A DNA stretch of 64,000 nt from Longimicrobiales bacterium. Its GTDB lineage: Bacteria > Gemmatimonadota > Gemmatimonadetes > Longimicrobiales > Gaopeijiaceae. A program made the position numbers and the translations under genes. Of the stretch, positions 1 to 8,476 are shown piece by piece (position 1 is the stretch's first letter; every line of letters starts with the position of its first letter). The DNA is taken from NCBI GenBank assembly GCA_965219445.1, contig CBDCNQ010000005.1, positions 1,504,001 to 1,568,000 of the forward strand. The letters are read 5' to 3'. Below the pieces are notes generated by a model. It saw only the letters and a list, made by a program, of their open reading frames with translations. It did no database searches and was not told where the DNA came from.

Positions 1-2
1 AT

Positions 3-530
3 CAGGGCTCACTCGCTGCCTCGGAGGGGCGCCACTTCCTCAATTTGGTTGGATTCGGATTCGACGTCGCGGTCATCGAAGACACGGCTGGTGCCCGATT
101 CCTGAGAGGAGAGTTGTTGTACAAGCTGACTGCCTTGAAGAATCTCTTTTTCTATTCCGGGGTCCCGTTGGTGCTTGAGAGTGATGGACCCCCGGTGGAC
201 GGCGAGCAGCTCATGCTCACGATCTCGAACGCGCCCTTCTTCGGAGGCGGTTTCCTGATCGCTCCGGAGGCCGGACTGACCGACGGGCTGTTGCACGCAT
301 GTGCCATCGGTAACACGGGGGCCTTCACCCGACTGCGTCTCTTCAACTCGGCGCCCAAGGGGCTGCACGTCCGCTCCCCACAGGTCCAGATGCGCGAGAG
401 CGGCCGCTTTTCAGCCCGCTTCGCCGCGCCACCGAAGTACGAAGTCGATGGGGAGCTCTGGCAGGCCGAGGGAGCCGAGGTGATCGTTGAGACCGTTCCT
501 CGGGCACTCCAGGTGGTGGTCCCAGACTGA
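3..530 (+). CDS. Diacylglycerol/lipid kinase family protein (YegS/BmrU-like), 5' end outside window
   Basis: Frame open from window edge; motifs HFLNLVGFGFD, ISNAPFFGGGFLIAPEA..DGLL, EVDGE. Confidence 0.85.
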   Translation, partial: QGSLAASEGRHFLNLVGFGFDVAVIEDTAGARFLRGELLYKLTALKNLFFYSGVPLVLESDGPPVDGEQLMLTISNAPFFGGGFLIAPEAGLTDGLLHACAIGNTGAFTRLRLFNSAPKGLHVRSPQVQMRESGRFSARFAAPPKYEVDGELWQAEGAEVIVETVPRALQVVVPD

Positions 531-569
531 CGTCTCAGGGTCTCTCGGCCACGCCGAGACACGACCGAT

Positions 570-1244
570 CTACGCCGATATGCCGTCCGCGGTAAGGCTG
601 CCCGCGACGAGTATCCAGCGCTCGTCGGCCAGGAGCTCGGCGTCATGCTCGTCGTGGCTCACGAGAACGATAGGCGTCCCGTTGTCACGGGCGAACGCGC
701 GTACCATGGCAGCGATCTCCGAACGAAGGGGCCGGTCGAGCGCCGAGAACGGCTCGTCGAGAAGCAGCATCCGGGGGACCGACAGAAGAGCCCGACCCAA
801 CGCCACCCTCTGGCGTTCGCCTCCGGAGAGAAACCGGGGACGCCGGTCGAGCAAGTCGGAGAGAAACAACGACTCGGCGATTCTCTCCACGTCTGCGTGG
901 CCGGCTCCGGCGTAGGCGAGATTTTCTCTGAGTGAAAGGTGAGGGAAAAGCAGGGCGTCCTGCGGCACCCATCCGATCCTCCGCTCCCATGCCGGCGTGT
1001 AGACCCCGGAGTCAGAGTCGAGCCAGACCTCGTCGCCGAAGCTCACGCGGCCCTCTGCGCCGGGTTCGAGTCCGGCCAACGCCCGCAGCAGCGTACTCTT
1101 GCCCGACCCCGATGGACCCACGATCGCGACGCGGTCGCTCTCGGGTCGCCAGTCGACGTCCAGCTCGATGGCGTCGAGGGGAACACGCACCCGTACGTGA
1201 AGCCCCCACGCCTCCACCTCCACCGTGCTCCCCTCAGCAGCCAT
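570..1244 (-). CDS. modC: Molybdate ABC transporter ATP-binding subunit
   Basis: Walker A GPSGSGKST, LSGGERQRV, LLLDEPFSALD; GAGGAG SD before ATG 1244; follows modAB. Confidence 0.85.
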   Translation of the reverse strand: MAAEGSTVEVEAWGLHVRVRVPLDAIELDVDWRPESDRVAIVGPSGSGKSTLLRALAGLEPGAEGRVSFGDEVWLDSDSGVYTPAWERRIGWVPQDALLFPHLSLRENLAYAGAGHADVERIAESLFLSDLLDRRPRFLSGGERQRVALGRALLSVPRMLLLDEPFSALDRPLRSEIAAMVRAFARDNGTPIVLVSHDEHDAELLADERWILVAGSLTADGISA

Positions 1245-1255
1245 GGGTGCTCTCC

Positions 1256-2839
1256 TCAGCGGCCATGGTGGTCTTCTATTCTGCGGCGCTGCCACCTCGT
1301 CAGCCTCTCGAATCCGAGGAGGGCAATCAGCGAAAGCATCACGCTGGCGATCACCAGAATCCAGGTGGCCCCCCGGCCCGAGGGTGACTCGAGCAATGAG
1401 TAGACCGCAAGGGCGATCGTGCGGGTCTCTCCCTCCATGTTTCCAGCGAGCACCACGGTCGCACCGAACTCCCCCAACGCACGAGCGAACGCGAGAACGG
1501 CTCCGGCCGCGATCCCAGGGAGAGCCAGCGGAAGGGAGATGCGACGGAATGTGGGTGCCTTCGGCACGCCCAGCGTCCAAGAGACCTCCTCGAATCGTCG
1601 GTCCACGGTATCGAACACGGCCCGGATCGCCATGACGTACAAAGGGAAGCCCACGACCAGCGCCGCCAAAGTCGCTCCCAACAGCGTGAACGGAATCGGC
1701 AAGCCCACCGCAGCGAGCAACCCTCCGAGGGCGGACTCCCGGCCCAGCACGCTCAGGAGCAGGAAGCCGGTGACCACGGGAGGGACCACCAAGGGCGCCA
1801 TGACGATCATCGAAACGAAGCTCTTCCCAAGGAAGTCCCGGCGGGCCAGCAACCAGCCCATCGCGACCGCCGGAACCAGCCCCAGGACGACGGCGCTGAA
1901 CGCGACGATTAGTGACAAGCGGACCGCCGACCACGGATCCAACCCCGTTGACGCATTCAAGGGGGGAGCAATGGTCTGCGCCACCGCCCCGCCGGCACTC
2001 GCTGTCCCGAACCCCGATGCTGAAAGCACGGCCGTTGCCTCCGCGCCACCCAGGAAATCGAGGAAGGCCTCTGCAGCCTCGCGGAATTCGGTCCGGGCCG
2101 CGACGGCCCCCGAATACGTGGGCGTAGGAAAGTCCCCACCCTCAAACGCGAAGGCCAGACTCACACGGTCCTCCGCCAACGCGTCCGAGCGATACACGAT
2201 GCCACCGTCCGCCTCGGCCCTTGCCACCCACTCCAGCGTCCCACGGACGCTGCCGCCGCGAATGACGCGCGGCTCGACCGAGCTCCAGGCGCCTACGCTC
2301 TCGAGCGCCGCCCTGGCGTATCGGCCCGCCGGGACGTTCTCTCCGGCCAGGGCGATCCGAGCGAAATCCGCGCGCGCTAAGGAACCGGGGTCGCCGGGCG
2401 GATCAGGCGAGCCCGTGGGCACCACGAACACGAGCTGATTCGTCGCCATACTTCGAATGGAGGTGCCGTCTACGCCACCCCGCTCGTCGAGCCATCGCAT
2501 CCATGAGTCGTCGGCCGAAATGAAAACATCGGCCGGAGCACCCCTGAGAACCTGTGGTGCCAGGCGCGAAGTCGCGTCGAAGCCGAAGCGTACCGGGACC
2601 CCTCCCTGAGCGTCCCAGGCTCGGGCTATGACGGGCAACACGTCCTGGAGACTGGATGCCGCCAGCACAACCAACGCCTCCGGTGTTTGCTCGGTCGCCT
2701 GTTCCGGCCTCCGGTCGGTCAAGGCGACTGGCCCAACCGGCTCGGTCCCTGGCACACCATTTGCACTGTTTGGCTGCGGCACGAACAACTGGACAGCAGC
2801 GACAAAGATGAGCCATTCTGTAGATAGGAGAACTGGCAA
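1256..2839 (-). CDS. modAB: Fused molybdate-binding protein (ModA) and permease (ModB)
   Basis: ModA motifs AASSLQD, ADVFISAD, VPAGRYA followed in one frame by ModB motifs PLVVPPVVTGFLLL and ARALGEFGAT; start codon uncertain. Confidence 0.85.
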   Translation of the reverse strand: MPVLLSTEWLIFVAAVQLFVPQPNSANGVPGTEPVGPVALTDRRPEQATEQTPEALVVLAASSLQDVLPVIARAWDAQGGVPVRFGFDATSRLAPQVLRGAPADVFISADDSWMRWLDERGGVDGTSIRSMATNQLVFVVPTGSPDPPGDPGSLARADFARIALAGENVPAGRYARAALESVGAWSSVEPRVIRGGSVRGTLEWVARAEADGGIVYRSDALAEDRVSLAFAFEGGDFPTPTYSGAVAARTEFREAAEAFLDFLGGAEATAVLSASGFGTASAGGAVAQTIAPPLNASTGLDPWSAVRLSLIVAFSAVVLGLVPAVAMGWLLARRDFLGKSFVSMIVMAPLVVPPVVTGFLLLSVLGRESALGGLLAAVGLPIPFTLLGATLAALVVGFPLYVMAIRAVFDTVDRRFEEVSWTLGVPKAPTFRRISLPLALPGIAAGAVLAFARALGEFGATVVLAGNMEGETRTIALAVYSLLESPSGRGATWILVIASVMLSLIALLGFERLTRWQRRRIEDHHGR

Positions 2840-3026
2840 GCGACGACCCGCTCTTAGGTCCCCTGCGGGGCCATTCTAACGGGCCCACGGAAGGGGAGTT
2901 ATTGATCCCTGGAAGTCGCCCAGGTTAGGTACCCGCCCGAATGCCGGCAAGGATGTCGGCCGGGCGCGCATACACGGGAATACTAGAGATGGAAGCCAGC
3001 TTGAGGCAGATCAGACCCGGTTTGGC

Positions 3027-4817
3027 ATGACACCAGCTCTTATCATCACTGCGTTCGCCTTGGTCCTGGCCGCCGGATGGGCTCTTTTGCGCTCCCGCAA
3101 GAAACCCACCACGGAGGGCGCAGCTATGCGTGGAGCCCATCCCCTGCTGGATCATTCACCGGTGGGCGCGCTCCTCCTCGACCCCTCACTTCGCATCACC
3201 TGGGCCAACGAGGCGTTTTGCGTTCTTTTCGGCCTGATTGACAGCGACTTGATCGGGCGCGAGCTGTCGGAGGTCGTTGAGCAGGAGCTGAAGGGCTTGG
3301 TCGAGGAGCCGGACGCGGTTGAGGCGGGCCTGTTGGAAGCACACGGGTCCGCGGCAACGGCCTCTCCCTTCGAGTTCTACGTCCGGGCACGGGACGATCG
3401 GGGTGAGCGCTGGATCGAACACACATGCCAACTGATCCAGCAGAAGCCACTCGCCGGCGGCCATGTCGCTTATTTCGTGGACGTCACGCCCAGGGACAAC
3501 CTCGGCCCCGCTCAACAGACCCGGAACGCCCACCTCCTCGAGCTCGACCAGATTCTGCTCACCCTGGCTCGCAGGAGCGGCCGCGACCCTGCAGATGAAC
3601 CGTCCGTGCTGCGCGCCGTCGCAGAGTCGGCTACCCCCGCATGGACGCGCGACCGATGGGAGCTCTGGTCTCTCAGTGAGGACCGGGCCCGATGGACGCT
3701 CGACTATTTGAACTACGCGACGCAAAGACAGAGGGATGCGACGACACCAGCGATCTCAGTGACGCAGACGGGCCCGTATCTTCGAAAGCTCGAGCAGGTC
3801 CGTGTGTTGATCACCCCGGACGTCCTGAGTGACTCTGATGGTCCTGTCCTCTTGGGCCAGGGGACGATCGCGCCCGACGCCGCGAGTCGCTTGGATGTCC
3901 CCATCCGGGTCCGCGGGAAAGTGGTCGGCGCGTTCGTCATCGCCCATCACGCGGCTCGCCCCTGGACACTGGACGAAAGTCGCTTCGCCGCCTCGATCGG
4001 AGACCATATGTCCTTCATCGTGGAAACTGGGCGAGCGAGGGAGGCGGTGGGTGAGTTGAAGGTCCAGGTGCCCACCTCGTTCCCACCTGAAGCATCCAGC
4101 AAGATCGATGGTTTCGTCAATCTCGATGAGAACCTCTGTTTCACGTTCCTCAATCCGGCAGTCCTTCAGTGGCTCGAGGAGCGGGAGATAGATGGCGGCG
4201 CCCTTGTAGGCTGTACCCTCGACGAGTCGATGAAGGGTGTCAGGGACAGGTCGATTGTTGCCGAGGTTCGTAAGGCGGCACGTGGCGGGGGGCCCGCTCG
4301 GCTCCGCCGGCAGTTGGACCGCGACGGGCCGTGGCTCGACCTGTATGTCAATCCCTCGGCGACGGGTGTGTCCGTCACGATCCAAAACAGGGCGCGCCGG
4401 AAGGAAAGGGAATCCGAGCGGTCCTTACTCGATTCGGAGACTCGCTTCCGGTCGGTAGTCGAATCGCTGCGTGAGGGGTTGGTCATCACCGACCTAGACG
4501 ACCGCATCGTGTACGTGAACTCCCGCATCACCGACCTGACGGGCCACCGCCCCGAAGAGCTGGACGGAAAGCAAGCCCAGGATCTGCTGTTCGATACCGC
4601 GAACTGGAAAGATCGTGATTCTCGGATGATGGCTCGGCGAGAGAGGAAGCGCACTCGGTACGACGCTCCGCTTCTCGATAAGGACGGCAAGGTTGTTTCG
4701 GTAGAAGTGATCTCCACGCCTCTCCGGGATGCGGACGGCGCCGTGACGGGCGTCGTCGACGCGATCACCGCCGTGGAGAGCCAAGAGGGATTGCGGACCG
4801 CGACTCTCGCGACCTGA
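3027..4817 (+). CDS. Membrane-anchored PAS/GAF/PAS sensor protein with no output domain
   Basis: N-terminal TM; PAS (WANEAFC), GAF (LDVPIRVRGKVVG..HHAARPWT), PAS/PAC (FRSVVESLREG..YVNSR..PLRDADGAVTG). Confidence 0.8.
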   Translation: MTPALIITAFALVLAAGWALLRSRKKPTTEGAAMRGAHPLLDHSPVGALLLDPSLRITWANEAFCVLFGLIDSDLIGRELSEVVEQELKGLVEEPDAVEAGLLEAHGSAATASPFEFYVRARDDRGERWIEHTCQLIQQKPLAGGHVAYFVDVTPRDNLGPAQQTRNAHLLELDQILLTLARRSGRDPADEPSVLRAVAESATPAWTRDRWELWSLSEDRARWTLDYLNYATQRQRDATTPAISVTQTGPYLRKLEQVRVLITPDVLSDSDGPVLLGQGTIAPDAASRLDVPIRVRGKVVGAFVIAHHAARPWTLDESRFAASIGDHMSFIVETGRAREAVGELKVQVPTSFPPEASSKIDGFVNLDENLCFTFLNPAVLQWLEEREIDGGALVGCTLDESMKGVRDRSIVAEVRKAARGGGPARLRRQLDRDGPWLDLYVNPSATGVSVTIQNRARRKERESERSLLDSETRFRSVVESLREGLVITDLDDRIVYVNSRITDLTGHRPEELDGKQAQDLLFDTANWKDRDSRMMARRERKRTRYDAPLLDKDGKVVSVEVISTPLRDADGAVTGVVDAITAVESQEGLRTATLAT

Positions 4818-4829
4818 GGGCGAAGGAAA

Positions 4830-5261
4830 CTGAGCGTCGCCGAGGTCGTAATCGAGGCACGCGCCTACGAGCTGGACTCCTTCGGACACGTCAATCACGC
4901 CGTTTATCTCAACTATTTCGAGCAAGCCCGCTTCGGGGCCCTGGCCCGTTGTGGCTTTACGTATGACGTACTCGCGCAACGGGGATGGGCGATCCATGTT
5001 GTGCGCATCGAGGTGGACTACCTGAGCGCGGTGCTTCTTGGAGACCGGCTGCGGATCAGAACCTGGACGGAGGAGTTCCGCCGCACGAGCATGGTCATGC
5101 TCCAGGAGGCCCGGCGAGACCCCCGAGCAGGCGAGTCCGATTCAACGCCGGTGGCGCGAGCTCGCGTCGTGGCCGTGTGGATCGGGGAGAGCCGCCGTCC
5201 GATTCGGGTTCCCACGGAGGTCCGTGATGGGCTCGGAAACCTCGAGGCACCTCAAGCCTGA
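4830..5261 (+). CDS. Acyl-CoA thioesterase (YbgC/4HBT hotdog family), probable CTG start
   Basis: RAYELDSFGHVNHAVYLNYFEQAR lies upstream of the first canonical start (5001); in-frame CTG at 4830. Confidence 0.8.
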   Translation: MSVAEVVIEARAYELDSFGHVNHAVYLNYFEQARFGALARCGFTYDVLAQRGWAIHVVRIEVDYLSAVLLGDRLRIRTWTEEFRRTSMVMLQEARRDPRAGESDSTPVARARVVAVWIGESRRPIRVPTEVRDGLGNLEAPQA

Positions 5262-5333
5262 GGGTGTGATCACGCGCTGGACGTAGCTGATTGCACGACG
5301 GCTAGAACGAAATGGCATGATGGATCTAGCTAG

Positions 5334-5942
5334 ATGAAAGAGGCGAAGAACGAGATGAACCAGCCGAAGGACGATCGGGAGCGCCTGAAAGACCTACTTC
5401 TGGAGCGCTCCGTGCGCCTTGGCGACTTTACGCTCTCGAGCGGAGCCAAGTCGGCGTACTACGTCGACGCTCGGCAAACCACAATGACCGCCGAGGGGCA
5501 ACGGCTCACCGGCAAGATCGGATACGATCTGATCGACGAGGCCGGCTGGGACGTGACGCACGTGGGGGGCCTGACTCTGGGCGCCGACCCCGTGACCTAC
5601 GCGATCGCGCACCACAGCATCGCACGTGAGCGCGTGCTCGATGGCTTCACGGTTCGCAAGGAAGCCAAGGGCCATGGAACCGGGCGACAGATCGAAGGAG
5701 GCCTCCCTACAGATGCCCGCGTGGTCATCGTGGAGGACGCTGTGACGAGCGGTGCGAGCGCAATCCGAGCGATCGACGCGGTTCGCGAGCACGGGGCCAC
5801 GATCGCCGGCGTGATCTGTATCGTCGATCGGGAAGAGGGCGGTCGCGCCAAGCTCGACGAGCTCGGGGTACCGTTACTGGCGGCATTTACGGGATCAGAG
5901 CTTCTCGATGCTGCGAAAGAGGCGATAGCTGGCACCTCTTAG
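5334..5942 (+). CDS. pyrE: Orotate phosphoribosyltransferase
   Basis: GDFTLSSG, YYVD, VRKEAKGHG, PRPP loop VVIVEDAVTSG. Confidence 0.95.
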   Translation: MKEAKNEMNQPKDDRERLKDLLLERSVRLGDFTLSSGAKSAYYVDARQTTMTAEGQRLTGKIGYDLIDEAGWDVTHVGGLTLGADPVTYAIAHHSIARERVLDGFTVRKEAKGHGTGRQIEGGLPTDARVVIVEDAVTSGASAIRAIDAVREHGATIAGVICIVDREEGGRAKLDELGVPLLAAFTGSELLDAAKEAIAGTS

Positions 5943-5958
5943 ATGGCACTTTCTCTTT

Positions 5959-6726
5959 CTATCTGAGGCCCAAAGCCTCACGGAGCTGGGCCGCCGTCAT
6001 GTTGGTCACGTACACCGGTGAGCCTTGATCGAATTCTCGCGCCCGAGCGAGCGACCCGACCACGACCGGATCGAAGCCGGCGTCCACCACGAGGTCCGAC
6101 ACAATCCGAAGGGCATCCTGGTCGTCGCCCGCGACCGGAATCCCGACCTTTTCTCCCTCACGGTGAGCCTCCCGCTCCACCGACCTGTAGTTGATCGCGT
6201 TGAACGCCCGTACGAGGCGGACGCCCGGAACGTATTCGGCCGACGCAACCCCAGCCCCCTTGGCCAATGCCTCCTCCGCCATGGGTCCGTCGCGCCCCGG
6301 GTAGGGATTCCCGCAGTCGATGACGACCTTGCCCTGCATCAAGTGGGCGTAGTCCCGGCCCACCTGCGGGAGCGCGGCGTAGGGCACCGCGATGAAAACG
6401 ACCTCTCCGTAGGCTGCAGCCTGTGCTGGGAGGCCGGCGATCGCGTTGGGGCCTGCCCGCTCGACAAGCTCCGTGAGCTCTTCGGGATGGCGGGAGGAGA
6501 AGAGGATGTGGTGTCCGGCCTCCGCCCACTTGAGGCCGACCGCCCCCCCGATATTTCCCGACCCGATGATGCCGATCCTCGAGCCGGCTTGCTGTGCCTC
6601 GGACGCCGCAAGCCTTCCTGGTAACAGCGTGGGCGCGAGGACCAATCCGGTCGCCGTCGCCCCCGCCCTCAGAAGAAAATCGCGGCGTGACTGCTTGTTC
6701 TCAATCTCCGGTTCCGGTCTGGTCAT
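5959..6726 (-). CDS. NADPH-dependent F420 reductase-like oxidoreductase with Tat signal
   Basis: SRRDFLL leader, IGIIGSGNIG, IDCGNP, VRAFN, AGDD. Confidence 0.85.
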   Translation of the reverse strand: MTRPEPEIENKQSRRDFLLRAGATATGLVLAPTLLPGRLAASEAQQAGSRIGIIGSGNIGGAVGLKWAEAGHHILFSSRHPEELTELVERAGPNAIAGLPAQAAAYGEVVFIAVPYAALPQVGRDYAHLMQGKVVIDCGNPYPGRDGPMAEEALAKGAGVASAEYVPGVRLVRAFNAINYRSVEREAHREGEKVGIPVAGDDQDALRIVSDLVVDAGFDPVVVGSLARAREFDQGSPVYVTNMTAAQLREALGLR

Positions 6727-6851
6727 GCCTGCCTCCTACGTCGATTCCACTGATAGACCCTCCACCGCCAGGCACCGTATCCGTTGGCGGCGGAATGGAC
6801 AAGTCGCCGGTATCCGTCCCACTTGTTGGCCGGCTCCGTCACAAGAGACCC

Positions 6852-8039
6852 TCAGAAGTACGTGGCGAACCCCAGTTGGAAGCCCGCCGTTCGGATCGTG
6901 GGGTTCCCCACGAAGTCCCGCGTCCAGTGGTAGCGATAGTTGGCACGGAACACCGTGCCCGCAGTCGGGCGAAAGCTGGCTGTGAGGACAATGGCTGACA
7001 CCTCGTCGAAGATCTTCCGGCCCGTCGAGTCGAATGTACCTGTGTTGTAGTCGATGTGCTCCAGCCGTAGGCCCGCGCTCACCAAAGCGTCGTCGTAGCC
7101 AAGGAAAGACGGCCGCCAGACCGGCGCCACGAGATCGAGGTACCCGCCCCACTGTCCTTCCCCGAAGACCTCCTCCATTCCAGGAGGCACGTCCACGGAC
7201 GTGAGGGCCAGCTCACCCCTGACGGTCAGCATGCCCACGGTCGTCCCCAGGTCCAGGGCGGCAATCCCAAGCCAGCGCCGATCATCCACCTCCTCCCCCT
7301 CGACCCGAAATGCATTGTAGTAGCCACCGTAGTACGACAGCCCGACTTCACCCAAACTGCTGTCGTGGAACGCGATGCGCCCCGTGACGGCCGGTGAACC
7401 GTTGTTGTCCTCCTCGAGCATCTCCTCGCTCTTGCCGCTGGAGATGTCCGTGCGACCCAGATCATTGTCGACCACGCCGTCCTGGAGCCCGTTGGTAAGG
7501 TAGACGTCGTATGAGAACGTGCGCGAGCCGAAGAAGAGCTTTCCGTATGCGCCCCCACCCACCTCCGACAGCGTCGAGGGGACGATATCGGTCGTGACGA
7601 GAGGGCGCTCCACAAAGTCCCACCGGGGGCTGTCGTGGTTCTGATTGAAGTAGCCCAGGGGGGGCAGGATCACACCCACCCGCAGGACAAAGGCAGGGTC
7701 TAAGATCACGTCGACCAGAGCCGTCTCAAGGGCGATCTCCTCGGTGCCGTGCTCGAACTCGAGCTCGGACAAGAAGCGCACGCGCTGGCTGATGGAGGAG
7801 AAAAAGAAGAGGTTGAACCGGCGCAGCTCCATGGAGAAGCCGTCGGTGACACCGTCTTCCACGAAGTAGTTCGTGTTCCCCTCTATGTAGCCCCCGATGG
7901 AGGTGGCACTCACGGAGCCGATGAAGGGCCGGTTGTAGATGCCCTCCTGGCCGATGATCGTGTCGGCCTGTCCGGCGGCGTGGCCGGTGATAAAGGCCTG
8001 GAGCACGACGCAGAGGAGCCAGCCTCCCTTCCCCCTCAC
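6852..8039 (-). CDS. Outer-membrane beta-barrel/porin-like protein
   Basis: Signal peptide from GTG 8039 (GTGA overlap with Rieske stop); SELEFEHG, amphipathic strands, C-terminal GFATYF. Confidence 0.75.
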   Translation of the reverse strand: MRGKGGWLLCVVLQAFITGHAAGQADTIIGQEGIYNRPFIGSVSATSIGGYIEGNTNYFVEDGVTDGFSMELRRFNLFFFSSISQRVRFLSELEFEHGTEEIALETALVDVILDPAFVLRVGVILPPLGYFNQNHDSPRWDFVERPLVTTDIVPSTLSEVGGGAYGKLFFGSRTFSYDVYLTNGLQDGVVDNDLGRTDISSGKSEEMLEEDNNGSPAVTGRIAFHDSSLGEVGLSYYGGYYNAFRVEGEEVDDRRWLGIAALDLGTTVGMLTVRGELALTSVDVPPGMEEVFGEGQWGGYLDLVAPVWRPSFLGYDDALVSAGLRLEHIDYNTGTFDSTGRKIFDEVSAIVLTASFRPTAGTVFRANYRYHWTRDFVGNPTIRTAGFQLGFATYF

Positions 8040-8476
8040 GACGTCCCCCTGTCGACCAGCCAAATAGTGATCGAGTCTCGGTCGTGGCTGACGCGGAAGC
8101 GCGTCAGCGGCGCCTCGGCGGGCCCCTGCAGCACCTCCCCCGTAAACGCGAACTCGCTGCCGTGGCAGGGACAGACCAGACGGTCGCCTTCGGGCTCGGG
8201 CTGACACTGCCTGTGCGTGCACTCCACCAAGACCGCTGAGTACGCCCCCGGATCGGTCGTCCGCAAATAGACAGGTTTCGGCGTGCGGCTGCTCTCCACC
8301 AACACCCCAACGTCTTCGCCCAGAGCGGCGCGGGGCAGGACCAGGCGCCCGGGCTCTTCGGTCGCCCGGACGTACCTTAGGCCCACGCACCCTCCCGACG
8401 AGGCTACAAGACACGCACAAGCCGAGACAACGGGGAAGCGGCCCAGAAAGTCGCGCCGATCCATGGGCGCCCTCAT
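8036..8476 (-). CDS. Rieske [2Fe-2S] protein with Tat (lipo)protein leader
   Basis: DRRDFL leader; CTHRQC and CPCHGSEF boxes; GPA..PL. Confidence 0.9.
   Translation of the reverse strand: MRAPMDRRDFLGRFPVVSACACLVASSGGCVGLRYVRATEEPGRLVLPRAALGEDVGVLVESSRTPKPVYLRTTDPGAYSAVLVECTHRQCQPEPEGDRLVCPCHGSEFAFTGEVLQGPAEAPLTRFRVSHDRDSITIWLVDRGTS

Noticed and set aside
2840..3026. Moco riboswitch or ModE box upstream of modAB
   Set aside because: Only short ACCTAA matches; the rest of the Moco motif and the TATAT-N-TATAT ModE pattern could not be found
4815..4845. Selenocysteine at the TGA between the PAS protein and the thioesterase
   Set aside because: No Cys/redox context and no compact hairpin at the expected distance; a CTG start is simpler
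8040..8420. Long N-terminal extension of the porin ORF
   Set aside because: It overlaps the Rieske gene in another frame; an SD plus GTG at 8039 gives a proper signal peptide
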